In this document: piece by piece, positions 37,816 to 47,595 of the stretch
How the letters are laid out: the number at the start of each line of letters is the position of its first letter
Numbering within the stretch: the first letter of the stretch is position 1
IMG/VR virus record: IMGVR_UViG_3300031653_000003
Span: 1-54,082 of that record
Strand: one strand, 5' to 3'
DNA from: a virus
Lineage: Duplodnaviria; Caudoviricetes
DNA length: 54,082 bases
Translations under genes and position numbers: made by a program
Notes under the pieces: model-generated
The model's database searches: none
The model's input: the letters and a program-made list of their open reading frames with translations, nothing else
Told to the model about the DNA's origin: nothing

Positions 37816-38805
37816 CTAACTGCCAAATTTTGCCCAGCCGAGGGTCATCATTCCCATTGCCTCGGCCCAGCGCGGGTCGTTAACAACTCTTGCCGGGGCA
37901 TATCTTTGCGCCAGGGTATGGCCTATCTCAATGGCTCCCCCGCCGCCGATTCTAAAATCATTGATAAACGGCATAACGGTTTTTGAGTTCCAAACGCTGT
38001 CGATCAGGGAGAATGAGGCATCAATATATGGAGTAAGTACGTCTTTTACCAGATCGGAGATTGATTCCGGCCCACTAGATAAAAGAATCTGCTTTCGCTC
38101 CATTGCCTTGATCCATTCCTGGGTCGGCATTTCGATGTCATACTTCCGCCCGGCAACATAAGCCAATTCATCCACAGCGTCAAGCAACCCGCCTTCTTCG
38201 CTGTTGGTTTGATCGGTAATAATTCTCCCGGTTTTTCCAACCGTTGCATAGGTTTTATTTCTTCCCCCAAGGCCGAGCCATGCAACCTGCTCGCCATCCT
38301 TTATGCCATCGGCCATCAAAGCAGACCAGCCCTGGATCGTAAACAAGACATTATTTATGTTAACGATCAGCGATTTTTCTCTCTGAGGTATATCCACAAA
38401 ATGAGTCCCCCTCAATACCGAGGCTATATCTTCCCGGTCTTTATAATCCTTGCGGGGTAACCCGGCAACCAGATCAACGTCAACAACGCGGGTTGAATAG
38501 CCAACATGCCGGGCGATAGCATACAAATTCATTGCCTCATAATGGGGGCCGGTATACCATTTCAAACCGCCCTTGCCCCAAATAAAATTGTGGCATTTGT
38601 GTTCCTCGGTACTCCCCCCGACAAACCATTTACCATAATTAGTGGACACCTGCATTAGATCAGGATCAGGAGACAGGAGGTCTTTAACCTCACCCAGTAC
38701 TGACTCAAACTCAAGGCGGTGAGGCTTTCCCGGCCTGGTCTTATAAATGCAAATACTCTTTGTTTGCGTGGTTCCAATATCATTTACGACAATTATATCT
38801 GTCAT
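37816..38805 (-). CDS. parM: ParM/StbA-family actin-like segregation ATPase
   Basis: VNDIGTTQTK (phosphate 1), LVAGLP, QG, GLGG (degenerate phosphate 2), IGGGGA. Start set at MTDIIVVND (38805). Confidence 0.8.
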   Translation of the reverse strand: MTDIIVVNDIGTTQTKSICIYKTRPGKPHRLEFESVLGEVKDLLSPDPDLMQVSTNYGKWFVGGSTEEHKCHNFIWGKGGLKWYTGPHYEAMNLYAIARHVGYSTRVVDVDLVAGLPRKDYKDREDIASVLRGTHFVDIPQREKSLIVNINNVLFTIQGWSALMADGIKDGEQVAWLGLGGRNKTYATVGKTGRIITDQTNSEEGGLLDAVDELAYVAGRKYDIEMPTQEWIKAMERKQILLSSGPESISDLVKDVLTPYIDASFSLIDSVWNSKTVMPFINDFRIGGGGAIEIGHTLAQRYAPARVVNDPRWAEAMGMMTLGWAKFGS

Positions 38806-38939
38806 TTCCTTGCCCTTTCGATTGTTATTATTTGTTAATATTATACAATAATATTCAGGATGCACAAAACATAGTAGAGCGTATTTTAACGGTTTCGCCC
38901 CCTCTTGGGGGGTGAATTCTCCCCACCACCCCCACCTGT

Positions 38940-39674
38940 TTAATTCTCGACAATTGACCAACTGCCGGTATCATCCGGCGGGGTAGGGTTCACGGCCACC
39001 GGAATATCGTACAATTTCCAGAGCAGATGGTTGACGGTACGTAGGTCACCATATCTCTTCGTATTCACCCGGTCTGCTATAATAATTCTATGAGCCTCAA
39101 GGAACGGCCTCACTCGCCGGGCCATAGTCTCGCCCACCGCCTTGGTTTCATTCGCCAATATCAGGTCTTTACAATTGCGCCACGCCCACGGTTTCCCTCC
39201 AGACACGTTGCCAAGTTCATCCATTCGATCATAGGCGTGCCACATCACCAACAAAACCAGATTGGCAAAACGGGTATCCTCGGTATTGGCCCTGCCCACC
39301 GGCGCGGTCTGCGCGGCGAGTTGATCATACCTCATCGCCTCAATTTCAAGCTGTTTTAACTCAACACGGTTCTGTAAAAACATCCCCACCAGATCGGCCA
39401 AAACAAACTTCGCTATCATAATCACAATTGAAACAATAAGCATGGCAACGATGAATTGTGCCACCGCCTCCCCCGGCTTACGCGCACCCAGTTGCGAGGC
39501 AATGAATATTGCGCATCCCCACATCACCGGCAAAAATAAAATAAGCGCACCTGCCCCGGCGAAGATAACGCCTGGCCAATTTGTGGCGTATTGATGAATA
39601 GTCGGCGGCTTGTCGTTTGGTAATACCCCCGGTGCTGTATTTTTCATTTTCCGGGCCATAGTAGACCTGCCCAT
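38940..39674 (-). CDS. Membrane protein (2 TM)
   Basis: Two hydrophobic helices followed by a soluble domain. Confidence 0.55.
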   Translation of the reverse strand: MGRSTMARKMKNTAPGVLPNDKPPTIHQYATNWPGVIFAGAGALILFLPVMWGCAIFIASQLGARKPGEAVAQFIVAMLIVSIVIMIAKFVLADLVGMFLQNRVELKQLEIEAMRYDQLAAQTAPVGRANTEDTRFANLVLLVMWHAYDRMDELGNVSGGKPWAWRNCKDLILANETKAVGETMARRVRPFLEAHRIIIADRVNTKRYGDLRTVNHLLWKLYDIPVAVNPTPPDDTGSWSIVEN

Positions 39675-40133
39675 ATTCGAGATAAAAAATATAATACCAA
39701 CAGGTGAGGTAGTTGAAGTATCCTATAATAGATCGTGTAATTAACCGAGCGAATTGTCAACAGCACCGCCAATACCGAGGCCACTAACATCCACGCGATA
39801 GACAGGGGGAGCCAAAATTCACGCCGTAAAAATACGTGATCAATAGCTGCCCCGTCTGACCTAGCGGATAAAGATAAAGTTATAGTGTGTTCGGCTTGCT
39901 TCATATTTTATGACCAGGATAACGGCAATGGCTATTAGTTGGAACGGGGGCGCTTTGGGCAGTTCGCGGGGTCTTTTGTAGTAATTGCTCTCGCACAAGC
40001 TACTGCAAAACGTGGAAGACATGCAGGATTGGAAATCAAATTCTCGACCACAAGAATAACACTTTACAATGGTATTCATTTTTGCGCCCCCGCAAAAATT
40101 ACGATACGTGTTTATTTAACGACGACGGGTGAG

Positions 40134-40508
40134 CTAACGCGCCCGCCCGTGATAATTGATTAAAAACCTACTCACCCACGCAAGACACCACTCATTTAGA
40201 GGCGTGGCTCTTGGGGTCGCTGTTGAGCGATTTGTTAGGGGGATTTCTTCAACGGCAATAGGAATAAGATCCCAATCAGATTCACCGGGAGCGTCCCAGC
40301 CCTCATATGTACCGCGCTCAAACCAATAATCTATTTTACACCTATAAACACCTGGCTTAGATGGGTATTTGTCTATTGATTGGGTGTTATCCTCTATATG
40401 CTCCCCATCCAGCAGGCCAATCATATCTTTTGGTGCGCTAACAACAAACTGACCACCATAAGCCGACACAGCTATAATCACGTTTTCAAAAGTTCTTATA
40501 TGTTGCAT
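40134..40508 (-). CDS. Cassette-borne hypothetical protein
   Basis: Starts right after the attC core and reads into the next attC. Confidence 0.6.
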   Translation of the reverse strand: MQHIRTFENVIIAVSAYGGQFVVSAPKDMIGLLDGEHIEDNTQSIDKYPSKPGVYRCKIDYWFERGTYEGWDAPGESDWDLIPIAVEEIPLTNRSTATPRATPLNEWCLAWVSRFLINYHGRAR

Positions 40509-40632
40509 TTTATCCCCCTAACGCTAAGTTGTGGCGATTGCGGGCCAGCACCGCAAGCCACTTAATTATTGACTCTGCTGGCGAGTGTTTTTTCAAAAAC
40601 CGGGCGGTAGCAATTCGACCACCAACGATTTG

Positions 40633-40902
40633 TTATGTGGTAGCCTCTGTCTTGCAATTAGCAAGATAGCTATCAGCCGCCTCTTTTGCTTCTGCTTCTG
40701 TTTCAAAAGCATGTTGACCGGCAGAATTTTCTATGATAATTCCTCGCACTTTTCCGACGTACTTGTGGACGAGTGACCGATCTAAAACTTGTGTTATTCT
40801 GCCAACGGTAGCCCGTCCACCAGAGAAGAATGCTGCTTTTGACTTCTTGTCCGGTAACGCTTCTAAAATTTTTAGATTTTTTGTATTTGATAATTGTGCC
40901 AT
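40633..40902 (-). CDS. Cassette-borne hypothetical protein
   Basis: AGGAG RBS after GTTATGT; the stop TAA lies inside the ACATAAC core. Confidence 0.7.
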   Translation of the reverse strand: MAQLSNTKNLKILEALPDKKSKAAFFSGGRATVGRITQVLDRSLVHKYVGKVRGIIIENSAGQHAFETEAEAKEAADSYLANCKTEATT

Positions 40903-40948
40903 TGTTTTCTCCTGTCCACATAACGGTTGAAATAAGCCGATTGCGGCT

Positions 40949-41227
40949 TTAACCTACTATATCTAATACATCACCAGATAGCCGATAATCACCATTCAAA
41001 TCTTCATCTGGTAGCAATTCGGCTTGATTGATTTGTTCTGCGGCGCATTGCTGGCAATAGTATCCAACCAGAACAATGTGTGTACCGCAGTTTGGGCAAT
41101 GCTCATAATGCGCCGGGCTATTATGGTACTGTTCAGAATGGCCGTGTTCGACTTTTATATTTGGCTCTTGGCAGACAGCACATGTTTCAAAGGTGATGTT
41201 ACCATTAAGGGTTATTGATGATGGCAT
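40949..41227 (-). CDS. Cassette-borne Zn-finger-like protein
   Basis: MPSSITLNG with GGAGG RBS; three CxxC motifs; reads through attC. Confidence 0.55.
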   Translation of the reverse strand: MPSSITLNGNITFETCAVCQEPNIKVEHGHSEQYHNSPAHYEHCPNCGTHIVLVGYYCQQCAAEQINQAELLPDEDLNGDYRLSGDVLDIVG

Positions 41228-41385
41228 AGTACCTCCAATTTTAAGATGCCGCAGAACGGGCCGCATTTCAGGGGCGCGCCCATTGCCCCACTAAATAAAC
41301 CTACTCACCCACGTGAGGGGACGCCGATAAAATGTGTCGCTCTCGGCGTCCCCTGCAAATGCTGGTTAGCGGGACGTGAAACCAA

Positions 41386-41589
41386 CTATACCAGAGGGTC
41401 AGGTTCACTATTTTGCAGGCGGTCAAATTCCTCTAATTCGCGTTTTGCGCTTTCCTGAGCGTGTATACGCTCAACACACCGGGCGATAACCTGAGTATTA
41501 TGCCGGGTGGCAGGTAATCCCCACCACCCGGCCAACTCAGCTATCATTCGGAGCGTTTCATCATCCGCTTGATAGCTGAATTGATTCAT
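41386..41589 (-). CDS. Ribbon-helix-helix-like regulator
   Basis: MNQFSYQADDETLRMIAELA...NTQVIARCVE; coupled (ATGA) to the upstream gene. Confidence 0.55.
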   Translation of the reverse strand: MNQFSYQADDETLRMIAELAGWWGLPATRHNTQVIARCVERIHAQESAKRELEEFDRLQNSEPDPLV

Positions 41590-41834
41590 TGCAGCAACAA
41601 CTCCGCAATCTCCTCGGCGGTGGCGTCGTTTAAGCTGTAGCCGGTGGCGGTTTCGAGGCCATTGCTGAGGTCAACAGCGATTTCGTCATATTCCTCGGTG
41701 AATGAAATATCGCTTAGGTGGGCTTTTGGGTAAGCCTCGTATTCGCCATTGCTCAATTTGAGTACAACCGCCCCGTTCATCCAATTATCGGCGTTTTGAA
41801 CTGCTTCTACTGTTGCGTTAAATTTTGTAGCCAT
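41586..41834 (-). CDS. Small highly acidic protein (candidate anti-defence protein)
   Basis: 82 aa, E/D-rich; AAGGAG RBS. Confidence 0.6.
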   Translation of the reverse strand: MATKFNATVEAVQNADNWMNGAVVLKLSNGEYEAYPKAHLSDISFTEEYDEIAVDLSNGLETATGYSLNDATAEEIAELLLQ

Positions 41835-41879
41835 TTTTTATCTCCTTGACTAAATGCTAATGTTTAATAGATATGCCTA

Positions 41880-41908
41880 ATTATAATACGATTATCGTAT
41901 GTTGTCAA
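41880..41908 (-). promoter_or_regulatory. Consensus sigma70 promoter with palindromic operator in the spacer
   Basis: TTGACA-17-TATAAT; ATACGATTATCGTAT palindrome at 41886-41900. Confidence 0.8.
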
Positions 41909-42024
41909 GGGGTTTTTGACATAATATACAAAACTCGTCAATAAATTTAAGGTTCACTCAGTCTCGCTAACTATTTATTAAGTGAACAACAGTTCGCGCT
42001 AAGTCAATAACAACGAAACTGTTA

Positions 42025-42414
42025 CTATATTCCCCGATCTCCCTTTTCCCTGGCATATTTCCTCCATGCCTCAGCCCGTTCATCTGGGGTCAAGTTTAAC
42101 GCCTTGATTTCCTCCGGCGACAATGGCACATAGGCGGAGACCCCGACTCCCTGCGGCCTTGTCGGTTTCCGCCCATAGGGGTTGCCCCGCTTGGCCCATG
42201 TTCCGGCTTCCATTTCTTTTTGCATCCGGGTCAATTCGGATTCGGGAATGAGATACCAACCCTTTTGTGAACCGTATTGTCCTTTCGGTTTCTTCTGCCT
42301 GATGGCCTTTAGCTTGCCGGTAGAGCAATACTTTTGAATAGTGATAACAGAATAGCCGGTTTTCTCGGCTACCTTGTAAGTGGTGTAATGGTTTTGTCCT
42401 TCAAGTTCAATCAT
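42025..42414 (-). CDS. HTH (excisionase/MerR-like) DNA-binding protein
   Basis: YTTYKVAEKTGYSVITIQKYCSTGKLKA...WYLIPESEL. Confidence 0.75.
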   Translation of the reverse strand: MIELEGQNHYTTYKVAEKTGYSVITIQKYCSTGKLKAIRQKKPKGQYGSQKGWYLIPESELTRMQKEMEAGTWAKRGNPYGRKPTRPQGVGVSAYVPLSPEEIKALNLTPDERAEAWRKYAREKGDRGI

Positions 42415-42833
42415 AGTCTGCCTCGAATTATATTAGAATTGTAATTGATTTTATCATAGAAATGGCCCCCCGTCAAGTCTGGAATGTCTAAAAAGCGCCT
42501 GACTAGCTAGGGTAAGAACACACCATCAATTCTCTATATAATCCCCTCCTGTTCGATCTGGGGCGATTCTGTGGAGGAGTAAGTCTTTTTAATTTTTCTG
42601 ATCTTATCCCTGATAGCCTTTGAAACATTCCCGATATAACCCTGCTGCTTTGTTTCTAGCCACGCTTGATAGATCAGGCTGCGGCGTAATCTAATAACGG
42701 TTTGTTTTTGGCGAGTGGGGTTGATCATTTGTAGAACTCCTGGATACTCTGAGTAGCTAAGTAAATTAACGGTTTTGGGAACCCGGGTTCCCAAGAATAA
42801 GTGTTGGACTCCCCCGGTTAGGCGGTCTTTAAT

Positions 42834-43304
42834 TTAGGCCAAATGGTGGTCTTGCCAGCCATAGTGCCGATGGTGGCAGTAATCACAAATTGGCGGTTGG
42901 TTTGCTTCCTCTGCTACCTGCAAGGATTCTTTTACCTCTCCCGATTCAACCAGTTCCCGGTCAGCGTCCAAACCCTGGAACATCTCCGAGATGGCGGCGG
43001 GGAGGGCTTGCGCCTCGGTGCTGCCGTGTACGTTCTGATACTCCACAAACATACTGATTGTATCTGACAAAATCCGATAAAGCTGCTCGCTTGTAAATGT
43101 GTATTTGACCCCTACTTTTCCCTTTTCTATTTCTTCCAAAATGTCATCATAGCAAAACCCCACCTTGGCCTTTTCAAACGCTTGCCCGGACGGGCAGGTA
43201 GCCACAATGGTAGACGTGCCGTAGGCTTTTAGAATATGCTCCGGCGTTTCTTGGGGCAGATGAACAAAACAACGATGATTACAAAATTTACAGTACGGAC
43301 CCAT
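42834..43304 (-). CDS. Hypothetical protein
   Basis: AAGGAG RBS; its own consensus promoter at 43357-43385. Confidence 0.65.
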   Translation of the reverse strand: MGPYCKFCNHRCFVHLPQETPEHILKAYGTSTIVATCPSGQAFEKAKVGFCYDDILEEIEKGKVGVKYTFTSEQLYRILSDTISMFVEYQNVHGSTEAQALPAAISEMFQGLDADRELVESGEVKESLQVAEEANQPPICDYCHHRHYGWQDHHLA

Positions 43305-43356
43305 TTTTTACTCCTTCATCTAATTGAATAACTTAATTGTTTTTAACTCTGTAGGG

Positions 43357-43385
43357 ATTATATCATAATAATACCATACTGTCAA
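43357..43385 (-). promoter_or_regulatory. Consensus sigma70 promoter
   Basis: TTGACA-17-TATAAT. Confidence 0.75.
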
Positions 43386-43569
43386 ATTACAATCTCAATA
43401 ATTGTTATGATTTTTGAGGGTTAAAAATCCCCCCGGTCAGATCAACCGGGGGGAGCCTTATTTTGTAATATCATCCAGGGGCTTAAAAAGTTTCCTGAAA
43501 TCGTCTAGCGTAACCGGATCACTGCTATACTGCCGGATTACAGTTTGGGCAAAGAGCAGCCCGGCCAAT

Positions 43570-44163
43570 CTATGCGGCCTCGCTTTCGGGGAACAACGGC
43601 TCAGGCTGCTGTTCTTTTTCCCAATATGATTTGGCCTGTTCGAAGGCTTCTTTTCCGGTTCCCTCATAGAGATTCATACCGTCCCAATCTAGCACCCCAA
43701 CTGCGGAAAAAAGAACTGTAATTGGGATGTTGTGGTTGGCAAGATTCTCTGCCATTTTTAATCGATTCTCCTCACTATCTGACCAGTGCCGAGGGGGAAG
43801 GGGTGGAAGTTCTTGTTTTTCCTCCAATGGCACGCTCAACGACTCAACTTCAAAATCCTTGAACGTTATCAGCCTGGCATACTCTGTACCGTTTTCGCCT
43901 TGGCCGGTGGCCCGGCTGAACCAAATACCATTCCCGAATTTCCCGGTGCCGGAGCGCCGGATAAACTGGTGATTGTTCCACAGCACAACGTTGACGCCAT
44001 GCTGGTCACTGGTCACAACTTCCGCGCCGATACTGGCCCAGTCAAAGGTTTGGTAAGCGGCCATCTTACGCCGGTAGTTAGGGGAAGCCTCGCCATGCTG
44101 GGCCAAAATTTGATTGAGTAAGTCAGTTTGCTTTTTGAGTTCTGCTAAAATCTGTTCATTCAT
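43570..44163 (-). CDS. DdrB-like single-stranded DNA-binding/annealing protein
   Basis: FDWASIGA...HQFIRR...WFSR...EYARLITF resembles my recollection of Deinococcus DdrB (FDWSLIGA...HAYRRR...YSRG...EYVTLAIF). Confidence 0.6.
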   Translation of the reverse strand: MNEQILAELKKQTDLLNQILAQHGEASPNYRRKMAAYQTFDWASIGAEVVTSDQHGVNVVLWNNHQFIRRSGTGKFGNGIWFSRATGQGENGTEYARLITFKDFEVESLSVPLEEKQELPPLPPRHWSDSEENRLKMAENLANHNIPITVLFSAVGVLDWDGMNLYEGTGKEAFEQAKSYWEKEQQPEPLFPESEAA

Positions 44164-44192
44164 TTTTGATTTTTCCTCTCTAATTTATTTGA

Positions 44193-44411
44193 TCATCTGT
44201 GTATGCTTGTTTGGGACAAGGGGAGGCAGGAAAGCCCACCTTTCTCATAGTTGCCATATACCCAACAAACAACCCCGGCTTCGTCGTCAACATAACGAGT
44301 GATGTTATAGCGTATATCGTTAATACTTTCCGTTTTTAACTGTTCTTTTGGCGGAGGCGCGGAACATGCGGTCAAGATAAGCGCCAGTAAAAAAATAATT
44401 AACCTTTTCAT
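44193..44411 (-). CDS. Lipoprotein
   Basis: MKRLIIFLLALILTAC lipobox. Confidence 0.7.
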   Translation of the reverse strand: MKRLIIFLLALILTACSAPPPKEQLKTESINDIRYNITRYVDDEAGVVCWVYGNYEKGGLSCLPLSQTSIHR

Positions 44412-45512
44412 TTCAAATCCTCTCTATGGGCCACAAAGCCGGTACTAGTACCAAAAATTTTAAACTGTCCATTATCAACAGCTACATTTAGTATACCCAA
44501 AAGCCTGGTTAGGCTGGCCGGGGTAAGGTTATACTTTCGCGCTGCCGGTAGTTTATCATATGTAATAGAGATAACGGTATTTTCTATCAGATTACAGCTA
44601 AAAGCATTTGTTTTCATTTCAAAGTCCTCTCTAATAATGACCGGCCTCACCCCTTAGCCGATCTGAGTCATTGGTGGGGTGGCTCATTGGGCCAAAGACC
44701 CGCGTCCACTATAACCGGCCTCGCTACCGGTAGCAAGCCTCCCACTGCACAGGATAAAAGCGAGAGTATTAGAGGAGGGAGACAATATCAGGGATGCCAC
44801 CATTTTTAATTACAAACTCCGGGGGTCTGCGGGTTCTTCTGGGTCGTCATATTCGGCGACCTCCCCGCAATCCAAACACTCGACCGACCACCCTCGCCAG
44901 TTACGGGTCACAACTCTTTGGGCTGCCACATCTCCAGAACCACACGCCGGGCAGGGGTTGTTTTTTTCGATTTCATTGGCTAACTGTTCATCTGTTTGAT
45001 ACCATTTAGTCATCTTAGCCTCGCTGGGAAGATAACTGACGTGGTTGAATTGTAACCACTCCCTCGGATATAACATCAAGGGCCTCGCCAGTATCAATAA
45101 GAATAGTCGTTTCCGGTCCACACACCATAATACTCAACACTTCGGCATTGATATTATCACCGAGTAAAATGTCACCTTCCCTTAGTTGGTCTGCGCGTAT
45201 TGATTGTGTTACCATAATTTATCCTCCACTCCTGTTGAGTTTTTAACATCCTGGGTGATCTGGCCTAAAGTACCATCGTACCCATAAATGTCTTTCCCAA
45301 TTTGTACTCTCCATTCTCCGTTTCTTGGGTCTTCGGTTGGAAGCCGGCGGCGCATCTTAACATCCGGATTAGATTCCAACTGCCAAACCCGGCCCCCGCT
45401 CTCTAACCGTTTGACCGGCTTCCAGCCGTGGAATAATGGGGAGTCGCTGATCTCCGGGCCACTTCTGTGTTTGTATCCGTTTCCCATAAAAACACCACCT
45501 CTATATCTAGGG

Positions 45513-45980
45513 TCAGCCATTTTGCCCCGCCTTGCTCATATTTTCCGCAAAATTAGAGCCAACCTTCCATTTTCCAGCGAAATCAGTTGAGACTACCGAG
45601 TCGTCCCTACCCCAATATCCCACGTACCAGGAAGACGCGCCCCGGAATAACCGCAGGTCATCATTTGGCATTCGGCGTAATTCAAACTCTGTGCCGGGGA
45701 CATCTATCATCTGCCCGGGTCTAATGATCGGCTGGGCCTCTATCAATTGTTTTACAATTTCGACCTGGGTTGCCGGGGGTAATAATTCCGGTTCCGGCTG
45801 TGGGTTTAACAGGCGATCCATTAAAATCTTCAAGCCCTGGGCCGGGGACATTTTGCCCAGCAGGACTCGCCGGTAAAGATCGGGAGCATGGCGTTGCAAT
45901 TGCAATGCTTGATATTTCTTGCGCCGCGCCGGGGGAAATAATTTGACGGCTGCATAATTCTGTGATAAACTTTCCATGTA
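45513..45980 (-). CDS. Hypothetical protein
   Basis: GGAGG RBS before MESLSQNY; first gene of the leftward operon. Confidence 0.55.
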   Translation of the reverse strand, partial: YMESLSQNYAAVKLFPPARRKKYQALQLQRHAPDLYRRVLLGKMSPAQGLKILMDRLLNPQPEPELLPPATQVEIVKQLIEAQPIIRPGQMIDVPGTEFELRRMPNDDLRLFRGASSWYVGYWGRDDSVVSTDFAGKWKVGSNFAENMSKAGQNG

Positions 45981-46141
45981 ATGACCTCCATCGTTACGCT
46001 TAATTGTTTTGGGGTTTGCTCTGCAAGCCCCTCGAAATTTCAACAGGGTTAAGAATTATTAACCCTGTTTTATTATAACTGATTTTTATTCGATTGTCAA
46101 ATTACGATACATATAATAAAGCGAGAAAGGAAGCGTAGAGG

Positions 46142-46426
46142 ATGGAATTGCACGAACTGACAGGGGAAATTGAAGCCAGGATCAGACGGATTTCACAGAC
46201 TGAGAAGTTGTCGATTGCAGAAATAGCGGAGCAAAAATTTGGTCTAACCTTTTCCGCGCTTTACAAATACATGGGCGGCGTGCGGGTCAAACCTCGCAAG
46301 ATTCTGATCAACACAACCGGGCTGCGACGGCTAGGCCCGTATTTTGCCCAAACCGGCGATATTGAAATGCTGAACTACCTGGCAAGCTACGCTCTGGGGG
46401 TTGAGGTAGAGGTGAGAGTAAAATGA
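46142..46426 (+). CDS. HTH transcriptional regulator
   Basis: LSIAEIAEQKFGLTFSALYKYMGG; sits at a divergent promoter region. Confidence 0.65.
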   Translation: MELHELTGEIEARIRRISQTEKLSIAEIAEQKFGLTFSALYKYMGGVRVKPRKILINTTGLRRLGPYFAQTGDIEMLNYLASYALGVEVEVRVK

Positions 46427-46827
46427 GCCAGCTAGAATTAACTGTAGTTATGCCGTACATTCCCCAGACCAGCGTTAACGCCTGTTACGGGCAATCACGG
46501 TGGGGTGGAAAATATCTCAAGCCGGAGGCCCATTGGTGGAAAAACATTTTTCGACAGCGACTGGGAAACCAATTAGAGCGCGGGCAATTAAAAAACATAA
46601 CGCCTGATGTAAAAATAAGGCTTTCGGCCTTTTTCCCCCTGCAAAAAGGGCAGAAGCCGGACGCGGAGAATTTTCTCAAATTGGCCTCGGACGCTACCGC
46701 CGAAGAACTTGGCTTTCACAGTGACCATACCTTTATAACCGGCGTGGAGCAGGTGAGCCATAGCAAGGACAATGGCCGGGGGATATTGGTTTACGAGATC
46801 AAAATACCGTTAAAACTCAAGGGGTGA
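46423..46827 (+). CDS. rusA: RusA-family Holliday junction resolvase
   Basis: PQTSVNACY...KPDAENFLKLASDA...SDH. Confidence 0.75.
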   Translation: MSQLELTVVMPYIPQTSVNACYGQSRWGGKYLKPEAHWWKNIFRQRLGNQLERGQLKNITPDVKIRLSAFFPLQKGQKPDAENFLKLASDATAEELGFHSDHTFITGVEQVSHSKDNGRGILVYEIKIPLKLKG

Positions 46828-46830
46828 ATT

Positions 46831-47199
46831 ATGGAAATACCGGAACTGCCGGAGTTATCGTTTGAAGTAACTTATAATCCCGAAACTGAAAACACGGCGA
46901 TTATAACAGAGCTATTATCAAGAGCGAGGACGCAGCATTTCAGGTATAGGCCGAATGGTGATAAATGGTTCCTCGCTGATCTTGAGTTCAAGGGGTGGGT
47001 AAACGAGACAAAAGACGGTACAGATGAGGATGGCAATATACTTGTTGATGTTGGCTTTGAACTTCTCCCCGGCTCATTTGTAGATCGTACAGACCAACGG
47101 CTTTATGCCAGAATCCTCCGGTATCTTTATAGGTTCCGGCGGCTGCAAGGTGCTATTGATAAAGTGGCAGAACTATACCGGCCAAAAGTCAAAACCTGA
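46831..47199 (+). CDS. Hypothetical protein
   Basis: ORF with RBS in the early operon. Confidence 0.55.
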   Translation: MEIPELPELSFEVTYNPETENTAIITELLSRARTQHFRYRPNGDKWFLADLEFKGWVNETKDGTDEDGNILVDVGFELLPGSFVDRTDQRLYARILRYLYRFRRLQGAIDKVAELYRPKVKT

Positions 47200-47201
47200 A
47201 T

Positions 47202-47229
47202 TTTACAATCGGACAAAAACGAGTATAAT
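47202..47229 (+). promoter_or_regulatory. Sigma70 promoter for the DIP1984-RNA unit
   Basis: TTTACA-16-TATAAT. Confidence 0.65.
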
Positions 47230-47276
47230 GCTATTACGTAGCATAAAATTATTAACTATTAACGGAGGATATTCTA

Positions 47277-47588
47277 ATGTCTCAAAAAATTAAGTTGGCA
47301 GAGGCGCTCTTGCGCCGCAAGGAATTACAAAACAAGGTTGACCAGTTGCGTCAAATCCAACGCGACATGTTGTCTAAAATGGTATATAAGCGGCAAAAGG
47401 TTTCCGAGGATTTTGACGACATTGCGGCGCAGATTCCTACCCTGGAAGCAAACCAGGTAACGGCTGAATATGACCACTACGCCAAACAATTACGTTTGGT
47501 TGATGCGGCTATTCAGCAAGCCAACTGGACAACTGATATTGAAGTTGGCGTTACCGTAATGCAGGACTACAAGGCCGAAACCGAATAA
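47277..47588 (+). CDS. DIP1984/DUF6847-family coiled-coil protein
   Basis: KLAEALLRRKELQ N-terminus and AKQLRLVDAAIQQANWTT C-terminus; GGAGG RBS. Confidence 0.8.
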   Translation: MSQKIKLAEALLRRKELQNKVDQLRQIQRDMLSKMVYKRQKVSEDFDDIAAQIPTLEANQVTAEYDHYAKQLRLVDAAIQQANWTTDIEVGVTVMQDYKAETE

Positions 47589-47595
47589 TTAAATT

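Larger units (their letters stand above)
40110..41987 (-). mobile_element. Integron-type cassette array 2 (attI-like site, four cassettes; attC 41251-41371, 40918-41041, 40516-40638, degenerate ~40115-40240)
   Basis: Complementary cores bracket each cassette: CTCGCTAAC 41963/GTTAGCGGG 41365; GCCGCAGAAC 41248/GTTCTGCGGC 41035; CCACATAAC 40916/GTTATGTGG 40632; CCCTAAC 40516/GTTAGGG 40234. Confidence 0.85.

Noticed and set aside
42025-42414. Excisionase implying an integration module
   Set aside because: No integrase nearby or elsewhere; more likely a regulator.
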